DNA of 64,000 nucleotides from an archaeon (GCA_024653565.1 JANLIK010000015.1:21289-85288); one strand, 5' to 3'; numbered from the stretch's first letter, positions 37,215 through 47,277 are shown. Notes: generated by a model from the sequence alone, not told the origin. Made by a program: numbers and translations.

Positions 37215-37241
37215 GCACCCTTCACAAGAAAAGGAAAGATT

Positions 37242-37379
37242 ATGTATCACGTAGGAATAATCATAGTTTGTTTTTTGGTCGCCGTAATCGTCATCTTCTT
37301 TCTCCTTCGAGAAGTAGACAAAAGGGATCACAAAAAGTTCCGGGACGAGCAGGAAAAGTTCTGGGACGACAATCCATAG
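37242..37379 (+). CDS. Small single-TM peptide (45 aa) at the right edge of the G+C-rich island
   Basis: ORF with one TM helix and an AAGGAAAG SD-like upstream region. A long hairpin follows at 37400-37436. Confidence 0.3.
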   Translation: MYHVGIIIVCFLVAVIVIFFLLREVDKRDHKKFRDEQEKFWDDNP

Positions 37380-37477
37380 GACAAGACCAAAGGCAGAAGA
37401 GGGAAGCGATGACTTCGATGCGCTTGCCCTCTTTGACCAAACAAAAAATTTAAATACTATAGTGCACTATGTAGTGT

Positions 37478-37663
37478 ATGGTATTAGACAAAAAAATAAT
37501 CGCCGCATTGAAAACAGGGGGCGCCCCCCTAACACAAAAAGAAATCGCCGACAAAGTCGGCGACATAAACCGAGCTGTTTTGCTCGGTTACCTAAGATGT
37601 TTAGTAGACCTCGAAAAAATCAAAGCAAAAGATTCTGGTAAGGCCAAGATATACTACCTTTGA
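37478..37663 (+). CDS. Small winged-helix DNA-binding protein (61 aa)
   Basis: LTQKEIADKVGDINRAVLLGYLRCLVDLEKI resembles a wHTH recognition helix and wing. A 10-nt palindrome TAGTGCACTA lies upstream. Confidence 0.45.
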   Translation: MVLDKKIIAALKTGGAPLTQKEIADKVGDINRAVLLGYLRCLVDLEKIKAKDSGKAKIYYL

Positions 37664-37858
37664 AAAAGCGCTTCGCGCATAAGTAACCCTCATTCTCTTA
37701 ACATGCTTGTTCAACCAAAAAAAGCCGTTTTACATTCACTAATCGCCGAAGGCGAAATAAAAAGTATAATCCAACCAACTCGTTAAAGAGTTTACAACAT
37801 TACTAAACTTCCCAAAGCGAGCATCCTGACGCAAGGCGGATGCGAGCAATTACCAAAC

Positions 37859-38080
37859 CTAAACCCTAGAATGATTCTTCCTTATAACCCACACCAACAC
37901 AAAAACAATAATTAAAGAAATAATTAGAGTTATAAAAGAATATGAAACAATTTGAGAAGTTCCAATCACTGCCCCCGTAAAAATATTATCTCTAATCGCC
38001 CCACCAGAACCTAATACAATGAATCCAATTGAAGCTACAAACATTGTCAATCCAACAGCCAGCAAAAGACCTATTATCAT
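37859..38080 (-). CDS. Small two-TM membrane protein (73 aa)
   Basis: ORF only. Confidence 0.35.
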   Translation of the reverse strand: MIIGLLLAVGLTMFVASIGFIVLGSGGAIRDNIFTGAVIGTSQIVSYSFITLIISLIIVFVLVWVIRKNHSRV

Positions 38081-38112
38081 ATTTTTATCAAGAAATAGAT
38101 TTATATAAACTT

Positions 38113-39153
38113 TTAGAAAAACTCTCCCAGGCCTTTCTGCTTCTTTTCCTCTTCAACCTCTCCCAACTTCTTCAGCCCAGAATCAATCCTCGCTTCCGAA
38201 AAATCATTATCTTTCAGAATCTTTTTGACCTTCTCAACATCAATTTTTTTAAACTTTAACTCTCCTTGAAACCCAGCCTCATACTCATGAAATTGTTTAA
38301 AGATTTCCTGCCAATCAAAATTAAGAGGGTTAGTGCTAATCCTATCAACATGGTCAAATATCTGAACGGGATATTTGTATTTCTGAACAACTTCCAACGC
38401 CCTCTTCTGCCCAAGACCCCTAACACCACCTGGATTATAATCTGTTCCAACAAGAATCGCCAAACAAATTAATTGGTCTTTATCAATTTCCAACTTATCC
38501 AAAACTTGTTGAAACTCAATTAATTCAATATTAACATCTACATAAATCCCAGAGGCAGTCCTTTTTTTCCTCGCAAGAGTCAAATTTCTCACAAGATTTG
38601 GAACACCATAAAGAAGAGCATCGTAATCTTGTGATGCAGCAGCCCAGACCTTTCCAGACCTGGCCAAGACCGAAGCCTCTGCCTCTCCCTCTCCAGGAGA
38701 TTGAATAACAGGTATACCCATCGCTTCAAGCAAGGCCTTACTATCTTCAATAATTTTATCGGTAATCTTAACGAACCTTCCAGAATACTTTTTCATAGAA
38801 TCCTCATCCCCCATCTCTTTAGCACTTTCATACTTCTCTTTAGCGATTCCTTTAGCTTCTCTTCTCCTCTCAAGCTCTGCTGCCTTCAATTCTGGTGGCT
38901 TCCCATCAAAAACATAAACCGGTTTAACACCTTCCTGCAATAAACTAATATTTCTATAAAATAACCCGGAAAGATGAGAAGTAATATCCCCCTTATCATT
39001 CATCAGAGGAGTTCCATCCATCTGCCGAATTGTAGTCAAAAATTGATAAAGAGTATTATATGCATCAATTGCAATTATCTTTCCCTTCAAATCTGAAATA
39101 GAAATCTCTCTCTTTGGAATAATGTCCGATATCTGAACGCCCATATAAAACAA
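38113..39153 (-). CDS. fen: Flap endonuclease 1
   Basis: N-terminal MGVQISDII...IAIDAYNTLYQF XPG-N domain, an internal XPG-I region and a C-terminal PIP-like tail. 346 aa, the typical archaeal FEN-1 length. Confidence 0.9.
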   Translation of the reverse strand: MFYMGVQISDIIPKREISISDLKGKIIAIDAYNTLYQFLTTIRQMDGTPLMNDKGDITSHLSGLFYRNISLLQEGVKPVYVFDGKPPELKAAELERRREAKGIAKEKYESAKEMGDEDSMKKYSGRFVKITDKIIEDSKALLEAMGIPVIQSPGEGEAEASVLARSGKVWAAASQDYDALLYGVPNLVRNLTLARKKRTASGIYVDVNIELIEFQQVLDKLEIDKDQLICLAILVGTDYNPGGVRGLGQKRALEVVQKYKYPVQIFDHVDRISTNPLNFDWQEIFKQFHEYEAGFQGELKFKKIDVEKVKKILKDNDFSEARIDSGLKKLGEVEEEKKQKGLGEFF

Positions 39154-39184
39154 ACAACTTAGAAATTAATAATACTATCGGTTT

Positions 39185-39679
39185 CTATCTTCGCCTTTGA
39201 TATCCTTCCCACCTATCCTGAAAAACTCTTCCAACCTTCTCAGGTGATGCTCTATCAAGAGGAATAATTTCTCCCCCACTAACTCGAATTTTGTGAACAC
39301 CATATCTTTCCAATAATTTTCTCTTATCGGCTGTTCGTGCAAAAACATCACCAGGACAATAATCTCCCCTGCTAGCCTCTTCACCAAAAGCCATATAATC
39401 AAATTTAGTGGGCTTTGCTCTAAAATCCTCTCTTTTATCTTCTTGAGCCACCATCTCGTCAACCATAGCCGCCTCAGCAACAGCCATAACCCTTCTGCCT
39501 CTTGCCTCAAGAGCCCCTACCTCATAAAGCTCTGGATCTTCAATCCCTTCAATACCTAAAGCATTACAAACAGTATAATATGCAAAAGCATCACGGTCTT
39601 CTAAAGCCCTAACTCTTTCAGCACCCAATTCAGAGAATCCTTTATCAAACTTTGTAGCTAAATCATTTGATTTTGCCAT
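39185..39679 (-). CDS. Hypothetical conserved protein (164 aa)
   Basis: ORF with no confidently recognised motif. Confidence 0.45.
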   Translation of the reverse strand: MAKSNDLATKFDKGFSELGAERVRALEDRDAFAYYTVCNALGIEGIEDPELYEVGALEARGRRVMAVAEAAMVDEMVAQEDKREDFRAKPTKFDYMAFGEEASRGDYCPGDVFARTADKRKLLERYGVHKIRVSGGEIIPLDRASPEKVGRVFQDRWEGYQRRR

Positions 39680-39787
39680 ACATTACAAATGCATTTATTA
39701 TTTATAAACTTTACGATTTGTATACCTAAATAGTGGTGACAGATAGAGCTTCAAAAAGCATATAAATCTCTTAAACTAGTCCAATAC

Positions 39788-42190
39788 ATGAAAACAAACT
39801 TCATTCCCGTCGATTATGATTACTTTGATTTTAAAGACAAGAATTACATTCAATTAATCGGCCGAAACGAAAAGGGCAATAGGGTCTGTGTAGTCGACAC
39901 CTACCAGCCCAATTTTTGGGTAATCTTAAAAAAGGGTTTTGAGAAAGACGCCAAAAAAGTAGCTGAGAAGATAGATAAGATAGAGGTTAACAAATTATCT
40001 AGAACAACAAAAGTCCTAAAGACAAAAATTGTAGAAAAGAAATTCCTTGAAAAAGATGTAACAGCAATCCAAGTCTTTGTAACCAATCATAAAGACACCC
40101 ATGATGTCGCCTCGGCAATAGGTGATATGAAAGAGATAGAAGCTAGAAGAGAATACGATATTCCCATTATCACAAAATACATCAAAGAAAACAAAGTTGA
40201 GCCATTGAACTGGTACGAAGTTGAAGGAGAATTAATTGATATAGATGAATTCGGCGGAATCGCAGGTGCGTTGGATGTAGAACATTGCATAAAAGCCCAA
40301 ACAATAAAACCAACAAAAGGAAAAGAATTCATTCCTAGAGTCCTCGCGTATGATATTGAAACAGATGGAAGAGATTTCGGAAAAGGAAGTCTATTGGCCG
40401 TTTCTCTCTATGGAGAAAACTTCAAAAAAGTTTTAACATGGAAAAAATGCACTGGCGCTCCAGATTATGTGGAGTTCTTTAAAACAGAAGAAGAAGTAAT
40501 TGAAAAATTTGTAGAATATATTCACCAATACGATACGGACATCCTAACAGGATATTTCTCTGATGGTTTTGATTTACCTTACCTCAAAGCAGCAACACTA
40601 AAAAACAAAACAGATTTCCCATTAGGATTGGATAGAAAAGGCCCAACTTTTACAAGAGGTAGAATCCCTTCAGGAAAAATAACCGGAATTGTTCATATAG
40701 ATTTATACAGATTCATCAGTGCAGTCTTCGCACAATACCTCCAATCAGAAACTCTCTCTTTAAGAGAAGTCGCAAAAGAATTAGTTGGTGAAGAGAAAGA
40801 AGAGTTTGATTGGACAAAACTAGAAAATATGAAAAATCAAGATTGGAAAGCCCTCTTCTCCTACAATCTCCAAGATTCAAAAGTAACTTACAAACTAGCC
40901 CAAAAAATATGGCCAGATATTTTAGAATTTACCAAAATAATCAAAGAACCTATGTTTGATGTCACAAGAAGCAGAATGGCATCTCATGTAGATAACTACA
41001 TTCTTCACAACCTAGATAACTTCAATGAAATTGCAGAAAAAAGACCAATGAATAATGAAATTGGAAAGCGAAGAGACATGGGAAAATATGAAGGGGCCTT
41101 TGTTTTCACACCAACACCAGGCCTTTACGAAAATATTGTATTCTTTGATTTCACGAGCATGTATGCCTCTGTTATGATTACCTATAATTTATCCAAAGCA
41201 ACTTTTATTGAGGGAGATAAATTCGAAAAGAAAGAAGGATTTTTTCCAAAAATGCTCCAAGATATAATTGAGAAAAGAAAGAAACATAAAAAGGAACTTG
41301 CAAAGAACCCTTCTGGAATGTTAAAAGCAAGGAGCAATGCCTACAAACTATTAGCAAATGCTGCCTATGGATATCAGGGATTCTTTGGTGCAAGATATTA
41401 TTGCAGAGAAGCTGCAGCAGCAACGGCAAGACTCGCAAAAGAAAACATATTAAGCACCATTGAAAAAATAAAAAAAGAAGGTTACAAAATAATATACTCA
41501 GACACAGACTCTATAGCTTTCCTCCAAGAAAAGAAAACAGACAAACAAGTCTTAACATTCCTAGAAAAAATAAACAAAGAACTCCCAGGAATTATGGAAT
41601 TAGATTTAGAAGACTTTTACAAAAGGGGGATTTTTGTTTTCAATCGTGGTGGAACTAGTGGAGCAAAAAAGAAATACGCACTTCTTGACAGAAAAGACAA
41701 AATGAAAATTAGAGGATTTGAAACTGTTAGAAGAGATTGGTGCGATCTTGCTAGAAGACTTCAGAGCGAAATCCTCACTAAAATTTTGAAAGAAGGAAAT
41801 GGAGAAAGCTCATTAAAACTTCTAAAGAAAACAATCATAGACCTAAAGGGTAGAAAAATAGATTTAGAAGATTTAATGATAAAGACACAATTAAAGAAAC
41901 CAATTAAAGAGTATCAATCTAAAGGTCCCCACGTTATTGCCGCAGAAAAAATGTTAGCAGCTGGAGAAAAAATTGACTCTGGAATGATGATTTATTATTT
42001 CATTGGTGAATCAAGTACCAAAGGAAAAAGAGTTGGAGATAAAGTCTTCCTCCCAGGAGAAAAAGCAGAATATAATATCAATTATTATCTAGACAAACAA
42101 ATTCTCCCTGCAGTAGAGAACATCTTTGAGGTCTTCGACCTCAATGTCAAAGAAATCCTAGACGGAGAAAGCCAGAAGAAGTTGTTTTGA
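39788..42190 (+). CDS. polB: Family-B DNA polymerase
   Basis: Exo I LAYDIETDG, polymerase motif B K...YKLLANAAYGY and motif C YSDTDS. 800 aa. Confidence 0.9.
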   Translation: MKTNFIPVDYDYFDFKDKNYIQLIGRNEKGNRVCVVDTYQPNFWVILKKGFEKDAKKVAEKIDKIEVNKLSRTTKVLKTKIVEKKFLEKDVTAIQVFVTNHKDTHDVASAIGDMKEIEARREYDIPIITKYIKENKVEPLNWYEVEGELIDIDEFGGIAGALDVEHCIKAQTIKPTKGKEFIPRVLAYDIETDGRDFGKGSLLAVSLYGENFKKVLTWKKCTGAPDYVEFFKTEEEVIEKFVEYIHQYDTDILTGYFSDGFDLPYLKAATLKNKTDFPLGLDRKGPTFTRGRIPSGKITGIVHIDLYRFISAVFAQYLQSETLSLREVAKELVGEEKEEFDWTKLENMKNQDWKALFSYNLQDSKVTYKLAQKIWPDILEFTKIIKEPMFDVTRSRMASHVDNYILHNLDNFNEIAEKRPMNNEIGKRRDMGKYEGAFVFTPTPGLYENIVFFDFTSMYASVMITYNLSKATFIEGDKFEKKEGFFPKMLQDIIEKRKKHKKELAKNPSGMLKARSNAYKLLANAAYGYQGFFGARYYCREAAAATARLAKENILSTIEKIKKEGYKIIYSDTDSIAFLQEKKTDKQVLTFLEKINKELPGIMELDLEDFYKRGIFVFNRGGTSGAKKKYALLDRKDKMKIRGFETVRRDWCDLARRLQSEILTKILKEGNGESSLKLLKKTIIDLKGRKIDLEDLMIKTQLKKPIKEYQSKGPHVIAAEKMLAAGEKIDSGMMIYYFIGESSTKGKRVGDKVFLPGEKAEYNINYYLDKQILPAVENIFEVFDLNVKEILDGESQKKLF

Positions 42191-42431
42191 GGAATCTAAT
42201 GTAAAAGATAAGCGACCAAAGGAATGTAATATAAAATCCCGCAAGATTAGGTAACTCAAAAACAAAATTGTTAAGTTTATCCAACTCAAATTAAAAAACT
42301 TCCCAACTCATCAAAAAGTCTTTGGCATTACTAAATTTTTCTGTGTGGAAAACTACAACAAAGTCTAGTTTGAAACCCTAAAACAATAACTACTTAAATA
42401 GAAAAAACTTAAAAAAATTAGGAGGTAAAAA

Positions 42432-42608
42432 ATGAAAGATAAAAGTGAAAATAAGACAACGGCTTATCTTGTTACCCTTATAGGAATTCTTTTAATCCTA
42501 CCAATGCTTGGAGTAACTGCTCTAGGGTCAGTTTCAAGCGGAATAGCAGGATGGGTAATATCATTAGCTATTCTTATTATGGGTATAACCCTATTAACAG
42601 GAAACTAA
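42432..42608 (+). CDS. Small two-TM membrane peptide (58 aa)
   Basis: GGAGGTAAAAA SD-like sequence lies 3 nt upstream of the ATG. Not in the ORF track because it is under 60 aa. Confidence 0.35.
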   Translation: MKDKSENKTTAYLVTLIGILLILPMLGVTALGSVSSGIAGWVISLAILIMGITLLTGN

Positions 42609-42658
42609 TCCTTTATTTATTTTTTATTTTATTTATTTAGTCTGAACTTTATAAGAAC

Positions 42659-43399
42659 ATGAATCAACTAACAAATATTATTCTAGCCACCATAATTATC
42701 AGTTTAATCTCTCTTGTAGGTGTAGCTTTTTTATCTGTAAGAAAAAAATTCTTAAAAAACTGGATGAACCTTCTTGTTTCTTTTGCAGCAGGAGCAATTC
42801 TAGCAACTGTCTTTCTAAATCTTGCCCCTGAATCATTTAAGCTCTTAGGAAACTTCAATTTTGTCCTGATGGGAATAGTTTTATTTTTCATTTTAGAAGC
42901 AGGAATCCATTGGCACCACCACCACGAAGAAGAATGTGAGGACTGCCTTCACCCAGTAGTTTTCTTAACACTTATCGGAGACGCGTTTCATAATTTCCTT
43001 GATGGCGTTCTAATCGCAGCAAGTTTTCTCATAAATGTAGGTGTGGGAATCTCTACAACAATTGCAATAGGACTCCACGAAATCCCACAAGAAATCGGCG
43101 ACTTCGCAATCCTTGTTAATGGCGGACTAAAAAGAAGCAAAGCTCTGCTATTCAACTTCCTTTCAGCGCTCTTTGCATTAGTCGGAGGAATAGTAGGATT
43201 CTTCTTCCTAAATAGAATCCAAGGGCTCTTACCTTATGTTGTCTCCCTTGCCGCAGGCGGATTACTCTACATCGCAACCACAGATGTTTTACCAAACCTT
43301 CATGAAGAAAGAAACTACAAAAGGATAATCTCTCAAATCCTCGCCTTTATCTTTGGAATTTTAGCAATAGCATTTATTTTAAGAATTTTTCCTGAATAA
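42659..43399 (+). CDS. ZIP family metal transporter (ZupT-like)
   Basis: HEIPQEIGDF signature, a histidine-rich HWHHHHEEE loop and about eight TM helices. Confidence 0.8.
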   Translation: MNQLTNIILATIIISLISLVGVAFLSVRKKFLKNWMNLLVSFAAGAILATVFLNLAPESFKLLGNFNFVLMGIVLFFILEAGIHWHHHHEEECEDCLHPVVFLTLIGDAFHNFLDGVLIAASFLINVGVGISTTIAIGLHEIPQEIGDFAILVNGGLKRSKALLFNFLSALFALVGGIVGFFFLNRIQGLLPYVVSLAAGGLLYIATTDVLPNLHEERNYKRIISQILAFIFGILAIAFILRIFPE

Positions 43400-43499
43400 T
43401 AAACTCTAAAAAGTTTATAATCAAGAAACAATAACAGATAACAAAGATTTATATCTTTGACTTAGGAAAAGTTAAAAACTCGGTTAGCAAGACTATTCT

Positions 43500-44507
43500 A
43501 TGGGCAAGAAAGAAGACTACTCTGAATATCTCAAAGAGAAATTCCCTCCAAAAGAGGCATTCGTCAAAAGAATGGAATCTTTAATTGGAAAAGAAGACAC
43601 CAAAAGATTCTTTGAAATCTCTTACACTCAAACCCCCATATCAATTAGATGCAACACTTTAAAGATTTCTGTGGATGAACTAAAGAAAAGGTTGGAAAAT
43701 TATGGTTGGAAAATAAAACAACCCTTCAAGGAATTTCCTGAGGCAATGGTTATTGAATCAAAGCTAAAACCGGGAGAATTAGGGAAAACAAGAGAACATT
43801 TATTAGGATATTATTATGTTCAAGAAATAAGCTCCATGCTCCCAATGTTTGTCTTACAACCAGAACCGGGAGAAATGGTCCTTGACCTTTGTGCAAGTCC
43901 GGGAAGTAAAACAACTCAGGCAGCTGCAATGATGGAAAACGAAGGAACAATTATTGCAAACGAAGTAAGTATGGGAAGAGTTGGGATACTAACCACTAAC
44001 CTAGAAAGATGTGGTGTAATGAATACAATAGTCACAAGAAAAGAAGGTTCAGCATTCTGTAATAAACTCCTAAAAGACTCTCAAATTAAATTTGATAAAA
44101 TCCTTGTAGACGCCCCATGTACTGGAGAAGGAACTCTTCGAAAAAGTCCGGGAACTCTTCAAATATGGAATATCAATATGATAAAAAAGATTGCGGGAAC
44201 TCAAAGAAGGCTAGCAGATTCTGCAATAAAGATTCTAAAAGTAGGTGGAACAATGGTTTACTCAACATGTACACTCTCTCCAGAAGAAAACGAAGCAATA
44301 GTTGACCACATAATCCAAAACTATGATGTTGAAGTCGAACAAATCGCCCTCCCATTAAAGTTCAGACAGGGAGTCTGCGAATGGGAAGGAAAAGAATTCT
44401 CAAAAGAAGTCAAAAAATGCCTTCGCCTCTACCCCCAAGATAACGACACAGATGGCTTCTTTGTATCCAAAATAAAAAAACTAAGTGATAAGGGGTGCGG
44501 GAGATGA
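43500..44507 (+). CDS. NOL1/NOP2/Sun family RNA cytosine-C5 methyltransferase
   Basis: DLCASPGSKT SAM-binding motif and DAPCTGEGT/TCT catalytic cysteines. Confidence 0.8.
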   Translation: MGKKEDYSEYLKEKFPPKEAFVKRMESLIGKEDTKRFFEISYTQTPISIRCNTLKISVDELKKRLENYGWKIKQPFKEFPEAMVIESKLKPGELGKTREHLLGYYYVQEISSMLPMFVLQPEPGEMVLDLCASPGSKTTQAAAMMENEGTIIANEVSMGRVGILTTNLERCGVMNTIVTRKEGSAFCNKLLKDSQIKFDKILVDAPCTGEGTLRKSPGTLQIWNINMIKKIAGTQRRLADSAIKILKVGGTMVYSTCTLSPEENEAIVDHIIQNYDVEVEQIALPLKFRQGVCEWEGKEFSKEVKKCLRLYPQDNDTDGFFVSKIKKLSDKGCGR

Positions 44508-45124
44508 AACTAATAACTGTCAGACACGGAAAAACAGTAGCCAACCAGGAAGGATTAACACAAGGATGGCTTGATAACCATCTAACACAGTTAAACAAGG
44601 AAGGAATAGAACAAGCGAAAAAAGTCGCAGAAAGGCTAAAAGGCGAAAAGATTGATGTTATCTACTCAAGTGATTTAGGAAGAGCAAAAGATACTGCAAA
44701 AGAAATAGCCAAGTACCATGATTGTAAATTAGTTCTTGACAAGAGATTAAGAGAAATAAAAAAGGGGATATATGAGGGGGGTCCAGGAGAGAAACATTGG
44801 GCGGATTTTGAAAAGTATGGATTGAACATTAAAGAGTGGAAACCGGAAGGGGGAGAAAATGAGGAAGAGTTTAAGGAGAGGATTATTGATTTCATAAAAG
44901 AAATAGAAGAGAAACACAAAAATCAAACAGTTCTAGTAGTCTCTCATGGAGGAACATTAGCAGTAGTTTCAAGACATTTCCATAATGACTGGCATTTTCA
45001 ATTCGGATTAAAACAAGGAGAGAAAATGAAACATCATCATGACAACACGGCAATCAGTGAATACACCTTCGATGGAAAAGAATGGAAAGAAACTAAATTC
45101 AACTGCACAAAACACTTAGAATGA
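44495..45124 (+). CDS. Histidine phosphatase family protein
   Basis: LITVRHGKT (RHG) motif and a later SHGG histidine. Overlaps the neighbouring genes. Confidence 0.7.
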   Translation: MREMKLITVRHGKTVANQEGLTQGWLDNHLTQLNKEGIEQAKKVAERLKGEKIDVIYSSDLGRAKDTAKEIAKYHDCKLVLDKRLREIKKGIYEGGPGEKHWADFEKYGLNIKEWKPEGGENEEEFKERIIDFIKEIEEKHKNQTVLVVSHGGTLAVVSRHFHNDWHFQFGLKQGEKMKHHHDNTAISEYTFDGKEWKETKFNCTKHLE

Positions 45125-45615
45125 AAATCTTCCCCCTAGACAAAGCAAAAAAGAAGAAGTTTCTGGCTGGTATACTTGATTTGGGGATGAAAAAGATTCC
45201 TCAGCTTTTAATTAAGACTGGAAAGGAAAGTATACGCGCGTATTCCGGAAATTTATCAACAGAAGAGGTCTGGGACATCTGGAGATTGCTCCCAATTGAA
45301 GGAATTGGGCTCTATATTGGAAAGGAAATGATTAATCAACATGGTGTTAGAGAGATTAGATTGAGTTTAGACGGCCTTCACACTTGGAAAGACCAAATAA
45401 CTGAAAGAATTATTACCCTAACAGAAGAGCAAGAAGAAAATTGGTTCAAGGGAAAAAATATTGAATTAGACTCAAACGAGGGCTTAACAGGATTTGTGGC
45501 TGTTCAATCCGCTGATAAAAAAGATTTCATTGGAACTGGAAAGATAAGCAACGATGGAAAAACCCTCTTTAGTTTCCTCCCAAAAGAGCGAAGAAGGAAG
45601 TCAAGCTCCATCTAG
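45121..45615 (+). CDS. Hypothetical protein (164 aa)
   Basis: ORF translationally coupled to the upstream gene (ATGA overlap). Confidence 0.45.
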   Translation: MKIFPLDKAKKKKFLAGILDLGMKKIPQLLIKTGKESIRAYSGNLSTEEVWDIWRLLPIEGIGLYIGKEMINQHGVREIRLSLDGLHTWKDQITERIITLTEEQEENWFKGKNIELDSNEGLTGFVAVQSADKKDFIGTGKISNDGKTLFSFLPKERRRKSSSI

Positions 45616-45649
45616 CCCAGTATAGTAATCTATTTAAATGGATAATCAC

Positions 45650-47130
45650 AACAATTTTCATTACAATCATATTCACAAATACCAAAAAACACACCTTCCT
45701 TCGATGACCCCGTCATCTTAGAACCACCAACGACGATTCCTAGCAACACCAGAAACCAGGAAGAAGATTCGAGCAATCGAATAAGAATTCTATTTCTAGT
45801 TGTTGCTGTGTCCGTCGCTGAGAGGTGTTTCAGGTATTTCTCACTGAAATCTAGGGCCAGGTGGGGTCGTCTTGTGCATTTCCTGTCAAGGTCTTCGGCA
45901 ATGTCTTAGCTTCACCCACCTGGCCTGAAAATCGTGCCGGTCCGCCCCTGTCTTCTGTCCTGTGGAGCGAATGAAGCCCGCAATGAGAATCACACTTCCG
46001 CCCCTCGGTCACCACGAGAGTCTGGAAGGTAGTGTTTGTGGGCATACCCTCCGCCCAGGTCGGCACTCTGAGCGACCGCGCGTAGCAAGAGGTCTCCTCC
46101 CCTAGATGTTGTAGGTAAGCGGGCCGGCACACCGAGACCTTTTCCTTTACCTGATGGGTCCGCCGTCTAACACGAAAGTATTGGCGGCGGAGAACCCTAT
46201 CTACTCGGCATCAAAACCGCCCCCTAAAAGCCCCAGTACCCCAAGGGTAAGTTGCCCAAAAGGGAACTGAGGGGGCGGTAGTTCCTTCTTGAAACCCATG
46301 GTCCTATCACACTGGCGGCGATCCCGGAAAACTAGGCACTGGCCTCACGTGCTAGTAAGGCGAACCCTAACCACCCTGCAAGGGATAAGTGGCTAAATGG
46401 GGTTCTCCAAACTGGTTAGAGGTACACCCTTGCCATGTAGTGGGTTCCCCCCTTTGATAGGGCTAGTCCCGTCGGTGTTGCTCACGGATGCGAGGGAGGA
46501 AGCGGACAAATCCGTAGAATCTCCCCGAGGAAAACCTACTTCTGAGAAAAAACCCATACTGTGAAAGGAAGGGTAAAAAAAACTCAGGATGAAGGATATC
46601 CAAAGGGACAAAAGGGCCCTCCAAACGGAAGGAAGTGACACCGGCGGGACACCAGAAATCTTGGGAAAGTGCGGTGGAGCGGAAGTTCCGTTTCATCGAG
46701 ACAGTACCCAGTCGCCCCCAGCACCTGTCGGGTGAAGCATCCCGTCAATTTCGTGCATCCAGCGCGACTAAGCTGCTGGGGGCGACTAACCCATCTTGAC
46801 TTGCCAAGGCCCTCTCCTCCCTTGGTGGGTCTCTCTCCCTGCTCAAACCAGGAAAAGTCGTGAGAATAGCACGACGACCGACTACCCTCCTGTCTTGGTG
46901 GTTTGGCAAACCCCAAGGTCGTTTCATCCCTGCCCTGCGCTTCCCACGGCGCCTCCCTTCCCTCCCTCGGGATGGAATGGCACGGTAGGTCGGTCCCCCT
47001 CTCCTAGAGGGTCTCGTTGTCCTGAGGAGTAGGAGAAAGTTCCCTGCTCACCCCTCCTCGTCCGTCGTAGCCCGCCCCCCCTCTCCTACCCTGGGTTTCT
47101 TTACCAGGAGGGGGCGGGCTGATGTTGGAT
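45650..47130. other. About 1.5 kb G+C-rich block without ORFs; possible structured RNA or decayed foreign DNA
   Basis: Compositional shift, with only short overlapping ORFs on both strands. Ends in a GC hairpin plus T-tract. Confidence 0.3.
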
Positions 47131-47145
47131 GAATTTTTTTATTTA
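47070..47145 (+). terminator. GC hairpin GCCCGCCCCCC...GGGGGGCGGGC followed by a T-tract
   Basis: Inverted repeat followed by TTTTTTTATTT, seen in the sequence. Same style as the island terminators at 35807 and 37177. Confidence 0.4.
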
Positions 47146-47277
47146 TCTTATAGTACACTATACAGCACACAAAGAACACAACAACCCTCTTGGAACCAAA
47201 CCCGGGAGCCCCGGGTTAAAAACGGCCGTAAAGGCCGTTTCCACAAAACCTAAATACTTCTTTTAACATAAAATAGG

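Noticed and set aside
30564-37379. Many long alternative-frame and antisense ORFs inside the G+C-rich island, for example 30564..31271 +, 31372..32850 -, 33241..34380 -, 34781..35305 +, 35061..35861 -, 36217..36810 -
   Set aside because: High G+C removes stop codons, so long spurious ORFs are expected. The chosen frames carry strong SD sequences, coherent domain content and terminators. The alternatives are Arg/Pro/Ser/Gly-rich low-complexity translations.
30000-37500. Looked for an integrase, transposase, tRNA att site or flanking direct repeats that would explain island mobility
   Set aside because: None recognised. The boundaries show only a short 14-nt direct repeat on the left and hairpins on the right, so the acquisition mechanism remains unexplained.
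45851-47032. Cluster of short overlapping ORFs on both strands in the second G+C-rich block
   Set aside because: They are mutually overlapping with no start signals, Pro/Arg/Ser-rich translations, and stops in every frame. This is more consistent with non-coding or decayed sequence.
45650-47130. Considered rRNA, RNase P RNA, SRP RNA or a group II intron for the G+C-rich non-coding block
   Set aside because: I could not find the universally conserved strings on either strand: GTGCCAGCAGCCGCGGTAA for 16S, the GGAAAGTCC P4 for RNase P, or the SRP helix-8 GGAAG..AGCAGCC. The block is left as unassigned pending an Rfam search.
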